A stretch of DNA of 64,000 nucleotides from Heterodontus francisci. Its lineage: Eukaryota. Below the pieces are notes generated by a model, which searched no databases, was not told where the DNA came from, and saw only the letters and a list, made by a program, of their open reading frames with translations. The DNA lies in assembly GCF_036365525.1 (NCBI RefSeq), contig NC_090413.1, forward strand, positions 28,968,262 through 29,032,261. The letters run 5' to 3'. The position numbers and the translations under genes were made by a program. Below, piece by piece: positions 1-12,391 of this stretch; the first letter of the stretch is position 1; each line of letters begins with the position of its first letter.

Positions 1-1686
1 ATTCTAACCCCACTATTTCAGAATGGAGGGAAAGAGAAAACAGGGAACTACAGACCTGTCAGTCTAAAATCAGTTGCGGGGGAAATGCTAGAATCTATAA
101 TAAAGGATTTGATAACAGGACATTTGGCAAATAATGGTAGGATTGGTCAGAGTCAACATGGATTTATGAAAGGGAAATCATGTTTAACAAACCTGTTAGA
201 GTTTTTGAGGATGTAACTAGCTGAATAGATAAGGGGAAACCAGTGGATGTGGTATATTTAGATTTCCAAAAAGCTTTTGATAAGGTCCCACACAAGAGGT
301 TAGTGAACAAAATTAGAGCACATGGGATTGGAGGGAATATACTGTCATGGATTGAGAACTGGTTAACGGGCAGAAAACAGAGAGTAGGAATAAATGGGTC
401 ATTTTCGTATAGGTAGGCTGTGACTAGTGGAGGACTGCAAGTATCAGTACTTGGGCCCCAGCTATTCACAATCTTTATCAATGATTTGGATGTGGGAATT
501 AAATGTAATAATTCCAAGTTTGTAAATGACACAAAAGTAGGTGGAAGTGTGAGTTGTGAGGAGGATGCAAAGACATTTCAAGGGGATTTGCAGAGGTTAA
601 GTGAGTGGGAAAAAAATTGGAAGATGGAATACAATGTAGAGAAATGTGAGGTTATCCACTTTGATAGGAAAAACAGAAATACAGAGTATTTCTTAAATGA
701 TGAGAGACTGGGAAGTGTTGAACTTCAAAGGGTTTTGGGTGTCCTTGTTCATGATTAATTTAAAACAACATGCAGGTACAGGAAGCAATTAAGAAGTCAA
801 ATGGTATGTTGGCCTTCATTACAAGAGGATTTGAGTACAGGAGTAACGATGTCAACTGCAATGATATAGAGCCTTGGTGAGACCGCACCTTGAGTATTGT
901 CTGCAGTTTTGGTCTCCTTACTGAAGGAAATATATACTTGCCCTGGAGGGAGTGCAACAAAGGTTCACCAGGCTAATTCCTGGGAGGAATTGTCCTATGA
1001 GGAAAGATTAATTAGACTGGGGCTTTATTCTGTGGAGTTTAAAAGAATGAGAGGTATGTTTGAATGAGATCACAACATTCTTACAGGTCTTGACAGGGTA
1101 GATGCAGGAAGGATGTTTCCCCTGGCTGAGGAGTCTAGAACCGGGGACACAATCTAAGAATAAGGGGCAGGCCATTTAGATTAGATTAGATTAGGGATAC
1201 AGCACTGAAACAGGCCCTTCGGCCCACCGAGTCTGTGCCGAACATCAACCACCCATTTATACTAATCCTACACTAATCCCATATTCCGACCAAACATCCC
1301 CACCTGTCCCTATATTTCCCTACCACCTACCTATACTAGTGACAATTTATAATGGCCAATTTACCTATCAACCTGCAAGTCTTTTGGCTTGTGGGAAGAA
1401 ATGAGGAGGATTTAATTTAGGACGGAGATGAGGAGGAATTTCTTCACTCAGGGGGTGGTGAATCTTTGGAATTCTCTGCCCCCGAGGGCTATGGAGGCTC
1501 AGTCATTGAGCATGTTCAAGATTGAAATCGATAGATTTTTACATATTTAAAATTTCAAGTAATATGGGAATAGTGCAGAAAAATGGTGTTGAAGTAGAAG
1601 ATCAGCCATCATCTCATTGAATGGCAGAGGGGCTCAAAGGGCTAATTGGCCTACTCCTGCTCCTATTTCCTATGTTTTTATGTTCT
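1..1686 (+). mobile_element. CR1-clade (HER1-like) LINE, 3' part of ORF2, degenerate
   Basis: RT motifs (QHGFMKGKSCLTNL, DFQKAFDKVPH, WKMEYNVEKCEVIHF) with stops; CR1 3' tail ggcctactcctgctcctatt. Confidence 0.9.
1180..1414 (-). mobile_element. 5'-truncated HE1-type SINE inserted only in duplicate copy 1
   Basis: Matches the 3' half of the SINE at 24370; (ttaga)n tail; TSD atttag at 1174-1179/1415-1420; empty site at 41785-41790. Confidence 0.85.
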
Positions 1687-1754
1687 TTAAGCAGGAGACA
1701 GAGACACAGAGAGAGACACACACAGAAATTTAGGGAAGAATTCCCAGAATGGGG

Positions 1755-2272
1755 CTAAACTGTGGCAAATAGATTTCAATGTAGGTAAATGTGAGTGACC
1801 AAAAAAGGATAGAACAGGGTACTTCCTAAATGGTGAAAATCTAGTAAAAGTGGGTGTCCAAAGAGATCTTGGGGTCCGGGTACATAGATCATTCAAAATG
1901 TCATGAACAGTTACAGACAATAATCAGCAAGGTGAATGAAATGCTGGCCTTTATATCTCGAGGATTAGAACACAAGGCGGTAAGAGTCATGCTACAGCGA
2001 GACAAAGCCCTGGTTAGACCACACCTGGAGTACTGTGAGCAGGTCTGGGCATAACACCTTTGGAAGAATATATTGGCCTTCGAGGAAGTGCAGCATAAGT
2101 ATTCAAGATGCCTGGATTCAAAGGGTTAATTACAAGGAGAGATTACACAAGCTAGGCTTGGATTACCTGGAATTTCTAAGTTTAAGGGGTGATTTGATTG
2201 AAGTTTTCAAAATCTTAAGGGGAGCATAAAGGGAAGATAGAGATAAACTATTTCACTGGTTGGGGAGTCTAA
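1755..2272 (+). mobile_element. Old CR1 LINE 3' fragment
   Basis: LVRPHLEYC and LRGDLIEVFKI motifs. Confidence 0.8.
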
Positions 2273-2935
2273 GAGCCGGAGTTTATTCTGGTGGCGACGG
2301 GCCAGACGGTGGTGCGGGAGAGACCCCACCTCAGCCTTCTGTCTGATCCCCGTTGCAATCAAGTTGTGGGCAGCCAATTAGCTGTTCGCAGTGGTGGACG
2401 CCAACCCATTGAGGGACAAGGCTCCCTCATCCAGAGCTGCCAGCCAATTGGAAGGAGCAGTGGTTACTGCCCGTACTGCAGGAGCCCTGCAGCATCAAGG
2501 ACGTTTTAGACCCTGGGACAGGTAAGTGGGGTCGAGGTTCCGATACCATTCAGGCAGGGCCTGGTGACAGGGTTGGGGTGTAGGTTGGTGGGTAGGGGGA
2601 GGGTCCCCGGTAAGGGATGGGAAGGCAGTCATCGCTGCCAGGGGTGTCCACCGGGAGCTCTGGATTTCCACAAATAAGGGACCCTTCCCCTCTCCCAACC
2701 CACTAGGAGGCTGCCAGGCTTTACCTGGAGATGACATTTTAATGATCTCTTTGGTCCTCCACTGTTACTAGTATTTGTCCACAATAGTTGACAAATAATC
2801 TTTTAAAATAGATGAAACTTGTTTCATATTATTGTCCCTTGCAGGTTATAGTTTTGATTCCAGATTTTGTTTTCCACTTGGGTCTATTGGATTATTGTTG
2901 GTCTTTGTATTTTGTAGTTTTTATTTTCCTGTTTT

Positions 2936-3033
2936 CTAGTCATTCCTCTTCAAGTAATAAATGATGGCTCCTGTTGCAAGGACAAATATGGCCACCACTG
3001 ATACACTTACTGCAGCTATGATAGCTGTCATAT
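2936..3033 (-). pseudogene. Orphan duplicated TM/cytoplasmic exon of ICAM/VCAM-like gene A
   Basis: Acceptor ...cctcacAG at 3034-3035; reads (D)MTAIIAAVSVSVVAIFVLATGAIIYYLKRND*. TGG->TAG at 2936-2938 relative to the copy at 43401. The upstream Ig exon was not duplicated. Confidence 0.8.
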
Positions 3034-4227
3034 CTGTGAGGAAAAATGGAAGTTGAATAAATGATTTGCAAAACTGTATTTGAATAATCTTTTTTCAAAA
3101 TACCACAATTTGCTCAGCGTTTTTAATCTTCTCATGTCAGATACATATTTTGTTCCATGTGTGTCCAAGCAGAACTACATCTTTGCAATTTGAAATTCTA
3201 CTGCAATCACGAGAGAGCAATGACCATTCAGTTCAGTTTAGATTAGGAATTGATTGCAGTAGTTGTGCTGACATCCCTTCATTGGCATCATTGACTTCTT
3301 CTGCCTTTGAGTTCTTGTCCCCAACAAAATACTTGCTGTTCAGATCCCTCCTGTTCTCTGTTACAGTTCCACCTTCAACTAAAATCTGAAGGCTTCAAAC
3401 TTGAGCACACCTGGAATATATAGTGTGTGATCTTGTTATTCACCACAAAACCTGACTTGACTCTGAGCCCTGACCCAGATTCACTCTGCAGCTTCTGCCC
3501 TTCCCTTTGTCACTCTCACTACTTCCATGGGACCACATCCACCTGCCTCAATATCCTCTCTACCTAACTTCTGATCTTTCAACTACCTTTACTGTCCCTG
3601 TGATTTCTGATGTCATAAAGGACTCCATTTGTTCCCATGCAAAACCTCCATTAGCCCTTCCACCAAAAGCATGCACTTGCTCCATCGTCTTTTCTAACTA
3701 CTGCTCCATCTTCAGTTTCCTTTCCTCCCTAGGTTCCTTACACTTACCATTTCCACCAGCTCCATGTCTGCATCTTCCACAACTACCTACTTGAATATTC
3801 GATCCTATTTCCACCCTGCCCATAGCACTGACATAGTCACAGAGTGCTAAGACTAAGACAGTGACAAAGGTGTGTTATCCCTCTTTGCCCTCCTCAGCCA
3901 CTCTGTGTTACTCAACATAGTTTACCTCCTCTACCAGTTCTGCTGTGCAATCCAGCTTTGTATTACTGATCTTGCTTGGTTCTATCCGACCTGTTCTGAT
4001 GCGAGGTTTTTTTTTATCTCATCCTTACACACCCATCTCTTAAGTCCACCAAGAATCCATCCGTGGTTCTCTCTTCTTCCTCAAATACATAATTCCCCTC
4101 AATAACATCCATAACCACAGGTTTTACAAATCATTTATTCAACTTCCATTTTTCCCCACAGCTCTCATAGAATGATGCTATAGGAATGGAACTAAAGAGG
4201 GACAAAATAGTTCTCCAAGATGGAATT

Positions 4228-5160
4228 CTAGAACGGTTAACTACAGAAGGCAACTATTCGGCCCATCGAGCACATGCCAGCTCTCTGCAAGAGTAATTTA
4301 GGTAGTCCCACTCACTGGCCCTTTCCCTGTAGCCCTACAAATCTTTTGCCTTCACAGCTCTCCAATTCCCTTTTGAAAGCCTTGATTGAATCTGCCTCCA
4401 GCACCATTTCAGATCATAACCATTCACTGCAAAAAAGGTTTTCCTTATGTTGCCTTTGGTTCTTTTGTTAATCACTTTAAATCTGTGCCCTCTGGTTCTA
4501 GACCCATATCCACTGTTCAGACCCCTCATGTTTTTGAACACCTCTATCAAATTTCCTTTCAACCTTATCTTCTCTAAGGAGAACAAGCCAAGCTTCTCCA
4601 ATTTATCCTTGTAATTGAAATCTCTCATCCCTGGAACCATTCTCATAAATCTTTTTTGCATCCTCACTAATGCCTTCATATCTTTCCTAAAGTGTGGTGC
4701 CCATAACTGGACACAATATTCCAGTTGAGTCTGAACCAGTTTTTTTTATAAAGGTTTGTCATCACTTCCTTGCTTTTGCACCTTATGCCTCTATTTATAA
4801 AACCCAGGATTCCATATGCCTTCTTAACCACTTTTTCAATCTGCCCTATCACTTTCAATGATTTGTGCACATATACCCTCTGGACCCTCTGCTCCTGCAC
4901 CCCCTTCAGCATTGTATCCTTTAGTCTATATTGCCTCCCTTCATTCTTCCTACCAAAATGTATCACTTTTCACTTCTATTCATTAAATGTTATCTTTTCA
5001 TCCATTCCGTCAGCTTGTCTATGTCTTCTTGGAGCCTATCACTATGCTCCTTACAGTTCACTATATTTCCACATTTTGTGTCATTGCAAATTTTGAAATT
5101 GTGCCCTGGACACCCAAATCTAAGTCATTAATATAAATCAAGAAAAGCAGTGGTCCTAGT
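4228..5160 (-). mobile_element. CR1 LINE 3' fragment
   Basis: ORFs 4335-4679 and 4676-4966 with HFGRKN, KAYGILGFINRGI and LGLFSLEK motifs. Confidence 0.88.
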
Positions 5161-5893
5161 TGTCAGATTAGTAAGTGGTGTAATGAGAATGGCAGGAGGT
5201 GATAAACAATAAATGCCAGCAGCACTACCCATGGCTGCTGTCAGAAAAATATAGTTGGCCTAATGAGCGTGCAAGGTAGTTGTCTGCTCATGTTTCAGTG
5301 TTGTATCAGTTTGTAATAAATTATGATCAGGTTCTTCATGTCTACAAATACCTTCATTTTCTCTCCAACTTCCCTAAATCTTTTCTGTCTGTCTACAAAA
5401 ACCATCTCTTTGATCAGGCTTTTGGTCACTTTCCCCTAACTTTTGCACTCAGGCTTGCATCTGTTCATTTCTTCCTGTAAGCAGGAGAATGTTTTGCTAC
5501 ATTAAAACTGCTGTATCAATTAATTTGTTGTGAGAGGATAGATCTTGCATCCTCCCACTAGACATCAGTGTTCCAACATTCAGAACCATCGTGTTGCTAC
5601 ACTTCTGTCATTCTCAATACAGCCACTTGGATACAAATAATATTGGTGCAGATTCATTCTCTGTTCATTGTTCTTTCTTCTATTGAGCTGGTCTTAAAGA
5701 TTATGGTAATTGTAGAGATAACGTGAGTCTTAGCACCCTTTGATTAACTGCTTCATTAACTACCATTTGTAGTTAGCGAACATCAAAAATATACTGTAAG
5801 TTTCTAGTTGATAATTGCGAAATTTAATAGTGAATAGACCGATACTTGGAATATTACTTAAACTGCAGGAGACTAAGGATGACCAAGTGAGTC

Positions 5894-6300
5894 TATTATT
5901 CTGTCATTAACAATCTCTCGACAGTAATGCTTTGTCTTTCACCACACCATTCGCATGCTCCCTTTGCCCATGCGCCATGACCTCCTTGTCAGTTATTCTC
6001 TCCCGCCTTTGTCCTATCACACACTGTCCCTTTGTTCTCTCCCACCTGCCCTCCACTTTACTTGCTTAAAACCTGTTACATTTCTAACCTTTGCCAGTTC
6101 TGATGAAAGGTCACTGACCTGAAACGTTAACACTGCCTCTCTCTCCACAGATGCTGCCAGACCTGCTGAGTATTTCCAGCACTTTCTGTTTTTATTTCAG
6201 ATTTCCAGCGTCTGCAGAGTTGAAATACCACTAACAAAGTTCCTGAACACATCTTTTATACAGTGTTCCTGCTGAGTATTTCCAGCACTTTCTGTTTTTA
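5894..6300 (+). mobile_element. Non-autonomous Penelope-related 3' terminal fragment at the duplication breakpoint
   Basis: Homologous to 47863-48125 and to the 3' UTR of the Penelope element; contains a hammerhead motif. Confidence 0.75.
6096..6131 (+). ncRNA. Minimal type I hammerhead ribozyme (canonical core)
   Basis: agtt-CTGATGA-a-aggtca-c-tgacct-GAAAC-GTT-aac: CUGAUGA core, helix II, GAAA, palindromic ACGU helix III, GUU cleavage triplet, helix I gtt/aac. Confidence 0.75.
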
Positions 6301-6537
6301 ACACAATATTGTGAATTTTATTATTTTAAATGTTATGTTGTTTTTCCCAGTGTTTGCAATATTCTGCTTACTGTTAGTCCAGTACAGAATGTCTGAAGAG
6401 TCAGATGGGATGAAAGAAACGGAAGCTTTATGAAACAGTCTTACTGCTGTGGTTTACATCTTCCAAGCCTGTATGTGAGGCATCCACACACGTTGTGTTA
6501 CATCACTTCCTGTGATGAGGTATACAGCATGATTAGC

Positions 6538-8205
6538 ATTTTTAAAAATTTGTTCATGAGATGTGGGCATCGCTGGCTAGGCCAGCATTTATTGCCCATT
6601 CCTAACTGCCCTTGAGAAGGTGGTGGTGAGCTGCCTTCTTGAACCGCTGCAGTCCTTGGGGTGCAAGTACAGCAACAGTGCTGTTAGGGAGTTCCAGGAT
6701 TTCGACCCAGGTACAGTGAAGGAACATGATATAGTACCAAGTCAGGATGGTAGCTTGGAGGGGAATTTGCAGGTGGTGGTGTTCCCATGCATCTGCTGCC
6801 CTTGACCTTCTAGGTGGTAGAGGTCAGGGGTTTGGAAGATGTTGTCAAAGGAGCCATGGTGAGTTGCTGCAGTGCATCTTGTAGATGGTACACACTGCTG
6901 CCACTGTGCATCGGTGATGCAGGGAGTGAATGTTGAACAAAGAACAAAGAACAAAGAAAATTACAGCACAGGAACAGGCCCTTCGGCCCTCCAAGCCTGC
7001 GCCGATCCAGATCCTCTATCTGAACATGTCGCCTATTTTCTTAGGGTCTGTATCTCTTTGCTTCCTGCCCATTCATGTATCTGTCCAGATACATCTTAAA
7101 AGACGCTATCGTGCCCTCGTCTACCACCTCTGCTGGCAACGCGTTCCAGGAACCCACCACCCTCTGCGTAAAGAACTTTCCACGCATATCCCCCCTAAAC
7201 TTTTCCCCTCGCACTTTGAACTCGTGACCCCTAGTAATTGAATCCCCCACTCTGGGAAAAAGCTTCTTGCTATCCACCCTGTCTATACCTCTCATGATTT
7301 TGTACACCTCAATCAGGTCCCCCCTCAACCTCCGTCTTTCTAATGAAAATAATCCTAATCTGCTCAACCTCTCTTCATAGCTAGCGCCCTCCATACCAGG
7401 CAACATCCTGGTGAACCTCCTCTGCACCCTCTCCAAAGCATCTACATCCTTTTGGTAATGTGGTGAACAGAACTGCACGCAGTATTCCAAATGTGGCCGA
7501 ACCAAAGTCTTATACAACTGTAACATGACCTGCCAACCCTTGTACTCAATACCCCGTCCGATGAAGGAAAGCATGCCGTATGCCTTCTTGACCACTCTAT
7601 TGACCTGCGTTGCCACCTTCAGGGAACAATGGACCTGAACACCCAAATCTCCCTGTCCATCAATTTTCCCCAGGACTTTTCCATTTACCGTATAATTGCT
7701 CTTGAATTGGAACTTCCAAAATGCATCACCTCGCATTTGCCCTGATTGAACTCCATCTGCCATTTTTCTGCCCAACTCTCCAATCTATCTATATTCTGCT
7801 GTATTCTCTGACAGTCCCCTTCACTATCTGCTACTCCACCAATCTTAGTGTCGTCTGCAAACTTGCTAATCAGACCACCTATACTTTCCTCCAAATCCTA
7901 ACTTGAAGGTGGTGGATGGGGTGCCAATCAAGACGGTGGCTTTGTCCTGAATGGTGTTGAGCTTCTTGAGTGTTGTTGGAGCTGCACGCATCCAGGCAAG
8001 TGGAGGGTATTCCATCACACTCCTGACTTGTGCCTTGTAGATGGTGGACAGGCACTGGGGAGACAGGAGGTGAGTTACTCGCCGCAGAATTCCCAGCCTC
8101 TGAACTGCTCTTGTAGCCGCAGTATTTATATGGCTGGGCCAGTTCTGTTTCTGGTTCAATGGTAATCCCCAGGATTTGATGGTTGGGGTTTCAGTGATGG
8201 TAAGG
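6538..8205 (-). mobile_element. 3' fragment of the tRNA-headed LINE family, split by a CR1 insertion
   Basis: ORF 7866-8237 has LSTIYKAQVRSVMEY; 3' tail matches 54090-54160. Confidence 0.85.
6938..7902 (-). mobile_element. Young 5'-truncated CR1/HER1 LINE nested in the previous element
   Basis: FADD and LVRPHLEYCVQF motifs; (ctttgtt)n tail; TSD ttgaa at 6933-6937/7903-7907. Confidence 0.9.
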
Positions 8206-8456
8206 ATATTGGGGACAAAATCCCTCCATTCTTTCAAACTGTTGCGATGCGGAAGGGGGTTTATATTTTTTACCTGGATAGAAGAGATAAAATGTGCCAG
8301 TCTTCTTTATCCATATTTATCATTTAATCTTGTAAACTGAACAACAGCCTTATTGTAATAAAAGCAAAATACTGCGGATGCTGGAAATCTGAAACAAAAA
8401 CAAGAAATGCTGAATTCACTCAGCAGGTCTGGCAGCATCTGTAGAAAGAGAAGCAG

Positions 8457-8493
8457 AGTTAACGTTTCGGGTCAGTGACCCTTCTTCGGAACT
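8457..8493 (-). ncRNA. Minimal hammerhead ribozyme (CCGAAGA core variant) in the inverted Penelope arm
   Basis: Exact reverse complement of 12392-12428. Confidence 0.6.
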
Positions 8494-9579
8494 GACAAAT
8501 ATTAGAAAAGTCACAGATTATAAACAAGTGAGGTGGGGGTTGGGCAAGAGATAACAAAGGAGAAGGTGCAGATTGGACCAGGCCACATAGCTGACCAAAA
8601 GGTCACAGAGCAAAGGCAAACAATATGTTAATGGTGTTTTGAAAGACAAAGCATTAGTACAGATTAGGTGTGAATATACTGAATATAGAACATCAGCAAG
8701 TGCAAACCTGAAGAAAAACAACCTGAAAAAAACAGTGGGTAAGCAAACTGAACAAACTAAGATGAAATGAAATAAATGCAAAAAATGTAAAAAGGAATGC
8801 AAAAAAAAGGAAGAAAAAATAACTAAAAATGACTAAAAATGAAAGTAAAGTGGGGGGCTGTCATGCTCTGAAATTATTGAACTCAATGTTCAGTCCGGCA
8901 GGCTGTAGTGTGCCCAATCGGTAGATGAGATGCTGTTCCTCGAGGTTGCGTTGATGTTCACTGGAACACTGCAGCAATCCCAGGACAGAGATGTGAGCAT
9001 GAGAGCAGGGGGGAGTGTTGAAATGGCAAGCAACCGGAAGCTCAGGGTCCTGCTTGCGGACTGAGCGGAGATGTTCCGCAAAGCGGTCACCCAGTCTGCG
9101 CTTGGTCTCCCCAATGTAGAGGAGACCACACTGTGAGCAGCGAATACAGTATACTACATTGAAAGAAGTACAAGTAAATCGCTGCTTCACCTGAAAGGAG
9201 TGTTTGGGGCCTGGGATAGTGAGGAGAGAGGAGGTAAATGGGCAGGTATTACACCTCCTGCGATTGCAAGGGAAGGTGCCCTGGGACGGGGACGAGGTGG
9301 TGGGGGTAATGGAGGAGTGGACCAGGGTGTCGCGGAGGGAACGATCCCTTCGGAATGCTGACAGGGGAAGGGAGGGGAAGATGCGACTGGGAGTGGCATC
9401 ACGCTGGAGGTGGCGAAAATGGCGGAGGATGATCCTTTGGATATGGAGGCTGGTGGGATGAAAAGTGAGGACAAGGGGAACCCTGTCACGGTTCTGGGAG
9501 GGAGGGGAAGGGGTGAGGGTAGAGGTGCGGGGAATGGGTCGGACACGGTTGAGGGCCCTGTCAACCTACACTCAGTGCT

Positions 9580-12024
9580 ATGCGCCGCCATATGCACACA
9601 CTGGACCTCTCTCTCCAGCAGCACCGTCTCACCTTATCTCAAATCTGTTCTACTCCGCAGTTTCATCTCATCTTACGTCTCATCCGACGCATTAACAAAA
9701 AACTTTTTTTCTTCCTTTCAGGTGTTAAGGAACGCAAGCTCCAGCAGCTGATGGGGACTAATGCCCCTCCAGATCCTCCTTCCGCTTCACTTCCCTCTGA
9801 CCCCACCCCTTCTGATCTGACCCCTTGCCGTGTATTCACTATACCCTCTGACCTCCCCCTCTCTGATGCTGAGCGTTCTGTACTCAGCAAAGGACTCAGT
9901 TTTATCCCCTTACGCCCCCACCTCAATGAATTTCGCGCTCGGCATGACGTTGAGCTCTTCTTCCGTCGCCTCCGCCTCCGGGCTCACTTCTTTGACCAGG
10001 AGTCCTCCCCCCGACCAGCAGACCCATTCACCCGCCTCCAGTATTCTCCCTCTACCTGGACCCCTCACCCTGGCCTCTTACCCGCTCTTGATCTCTTCAT
10101 TGAAAACTGTCGGCGAGACATTGGTCGTCTCAATTTCTCTGCCCCCCTCACTCACTCTAACCTGTCCCCCTCTGAACTTGAGGCACTCCGTTCTCTCAGG
10201 TCTAACCCCGACATGGTCATCAAACCTGCAGACAAGGGTGGTGCTGTTGTTGTATGGCGTACCGACCTCTACCTTGCAGAAGCTCAACGCCAACTCACAG
10301 ACACCTCTTCCTACCTCCCTCTGGACCATGACCCCACCACCGAACATCAAGCCACCGTCCAAAGGACTGTCACTGACCTCATCTCCTCTGGAGATCTTCC
10401 CTCTACAGCTTCCAACCTCATAGTCCCGCAACCCCGGACAGCCCGCTTCTATCTCCTTCCCAAAATCCACAAACGGGACTGTCCCGGCAGACCCATTGTG
10501 TCAGCCTGCTCCTGCCCAACTGAACTTATTTCTTCCTATCTAGACTCTATCTTTTCTCCGCTGGTGCAGTCTCTTCCCACCTACATCCTTGACTCTTCTG
10601 ACGCCCTACGTCATTTTGACAATTTCCAGTTTCCTGGTCCCAACCGCCTCCTCTTCACTATGGACGTCCAATCGCTCTACACCTCCATCCCCCACCAGGA
10701 TGGTTTGAGGGCTCTCCGCTTCTTCCTGGAACAGAGGCCCAACCAGTCCCCATCCACCACCACCCTCCTCCGCCTGGCTGAACTTGTTCTCACATTGAAC
10801 AACTTCTCCTTCAACTCCACGCACTTCCTTCAAGTAAAAGGTGTCGCTATGGGTACCCGCATGGGTCCTAGTTATGCCTGTCTTTTTGTGGGATATGTCG
10901 AGCATTCTTTGTTCCAGTCCTACTCAGGCCCCCTCCCCCAACTCTTTTTCCGGTACATTGATGACTGTATCGGTGCCGTTTCCTGCTCCCGCCCCGAACT
11001 CGAAAACTTTATCAACTTTGCTTCCAATTTCCACCCTTCTCTCACCTTTACATGGTCCATCTCTGACACTTTCCTTCCCTTCCTCGACTTCTCTGTCTCC
11101 ATCTCTGGGGATAGGTTGTCTACCAATATCCATTATAAGCCCACTGACTCCCACAGCTACCTCGACTACACTTCTTCACACCCTACCTCCTGTAAGGACT
11201 CCATTCCATTCTCCCAGTTTCTCCGTCTCCGACGCATCTGCTCTGATGATGCTACCTTCCATGACGGTGCTTCTGATATGACCTCCTTTTTCCTCAACCG
11301 AGGATTTCCCCCCACTGTGGTTGACAGGGCCCTCAACCGTGTCCGACCCATTCCCCGCACCTCTACCCTCACCCCTTCCCCTCCCTCCCAGAACCGTGAC
11401 AGGGTTCCCCTTGTCCTCACTTTTCATCCCACCAGCCTCCATATCCAAAGGATCATCCTCCGCCATTTTCGCCACCTCCAGCGTGATGCCACTACCAGTC
11501 GCATCTTCCCCTCCCTTCCCCTGTCAGCATTCCGAAGGGATCGTTCCCTCCGCGACACCCTGGTCCACTCCTCCATTACCCCCACCACCTCGTCCCCGTC
11601 CCAGGGCACCTTCCCTTGCAATCGCAGGAGGTGTAATACCTGCCCATTTACCTCCTCTCTCCTCACTATCCCAGGCCCCAAACACTCCTTTCAGGTGAAG
11701 CAGCGATTTACTTGTACTTCTTTCAATGTAGTATACTGTATTCGCTGCTCACAGTGTGGTCTCCTCTACATTGGGGAGACCAAGCGCAGACTGGGTGACC
11801 GCTTTGCGGAACATCTCCGCTCAGTCCGCAAGCAGGACCCTGAGCTTCCGGTTGCTTGCCATTTCAACACTCCCCCCTGCTCTCATGCTCACATCTCTGT
11901 CCTGGGATTGCTGCAGTGTTCCAGTGAACATCAACGCAACCTCGAGGAACAGCATCTCATCTACCGATTAGGCACACTACAGCCTGCCGGACTGAACATT
12001 GAGTTCAATAATTTCAGAGCATGA
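9580..12024 (+). CDS. Penelope-like reverse transcriptase + GIY-YIG endonuclease (814 aa, probably 5'-truncated)
   Basis: KPADKG, LPKIHK, DVQSLYTSI, GVAMG and RYIDD RT motifs; CNRRRCNTC linker; VVY...YIGET...RFAEH...LEEQ...GLN GIY-YIG domain; no internal stops. Confidence 0.95.
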   Translation: MRRHMHTLDLSLQQHRLTLSQICSTPQFHLILRLIRRINKKLFFFLSGVKERKLQQLMGTNAPPDPPSASLPSDPTPSDLTPCRVFTIPSDLPLSDAERSVLSKGLSFIPLRPHLNEFRARHDVELFFRRLRLRAHFFDQESSPRPADPFTRLQYSPSTWTPHPGLLPALDLFIENCRRDIGRLNFSAPLTHSNLSPSELEALRSLRSNPDMVIKPADKGGAVVVWRTDLYLAEAQRQLTDTSSYLPLDHDPTTEHQATVQRTVTDLISSGDLPSTASNLIVPQPRTARFYLLPKIHKRDCPGRPIVSACSCPTELISSYLDSIFSPLVQSLPTYILDSSDALRHFDNFQFPGPNRLLFTMDVQSLYTSIPHQDGLRALRFFLEQRPNQSPSTTTLLRLAELVLTLNNFSFNSTHFLQVKGVAMGTRMGPSYACLFVGYVEHSLFQSYSGPLPQLFFRYIDDCIGAVSCSRPELENFINFASNFHPSLTFTWSISDTFLPFLDFSVSISGDRLSTNIHYKPTDSHSYLDYTSSHPTSCKDSIPFSQFLRLRRICSDDATFHDGASDMTSFFLNRGFPPTVVDRALNRVRPIPRTSTLTPSPPSQNRDRVPLVLTFHPTSLHIQRIILRHFRHLQRDATTSRIFPSLPLSAFRRDRSLRDTLVHSSITPTTSSPSQGTFPCNRRRCNTCPFTSSLLTIPGPKHSFQVKQRFTCTSFNVVYCIRCSQCGLLYIGETKRRLGDRFAEHLRSVRKQDPELPVACHFNTPPCSHAHISVLGLLQCSSEHQRNLEEQHLIYRLGTLQPAGLNIEFNNFRA

Positions 12025-12391
12025 CAGCCCCCCACTTTACTTTCATTTTTAGTCATTTTTAGTTATTTTTTCTTCCTTTTTTTTGCATTCCTTTTTACAT
12101 TTTTTGCATTTATTTCATTTCATCTTAGTTTGTTCAGTTTGCTTACCCACTGTTTTTTTCAGGTTGTTTTTCTTCAGGTTTGCACTTGCTGATGTTCTAT
12201 ATTCAGTATATTCACACCTAATCTGTACTAATGCTTTGTCTTTCAAAACACCATTAACATATTGTTTGCCTTTGCTCTGTGACCTTTTGGTCAGCTATGT
12301 GGCCTGGTCCAATCTGCACCTTCTCCTTTGTTATCTCTTGCCCAACCCCCACCTCACTTGTTTATAATCTGTGACTTTTCTAATATTTGTC

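Larger units (their letters stand above)
1..5893. repeat. Segmental/tandem duplication copy 1 (runs off the left edge); paralogous to 39566-46258
   Basis: Position 1 (attctaacccc) aligns to 39566. Homology ends abruptly after gaccaagtgagtc (5893 vs 46258). The ORF track shows matching ORF pairs (e.g. 2291/42659, 3872/44237, 5280/45645). Confidence 0.95.

Noticed and set aside
2291-2737. ORFs conserved between 2.3-2.7 kb and 42.7-43.1 kb
   Set aside because: Conservation simply reflects the recent duplication; the peptides have no motifs and the region looks like a repeat.
8861-9190. Stand-alone GIY-YIG nuclease gene on the minus strand
   Set aside because: It is the inverted duplicate of the Penelope ORF 3' end, not an independent gene.
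9663-11971. Many overlapping and antisense ORFs inside the Penelope ORF
   Set aside because: Expected shadows of a long C/T-skewed coding strand; no recognisable domains.
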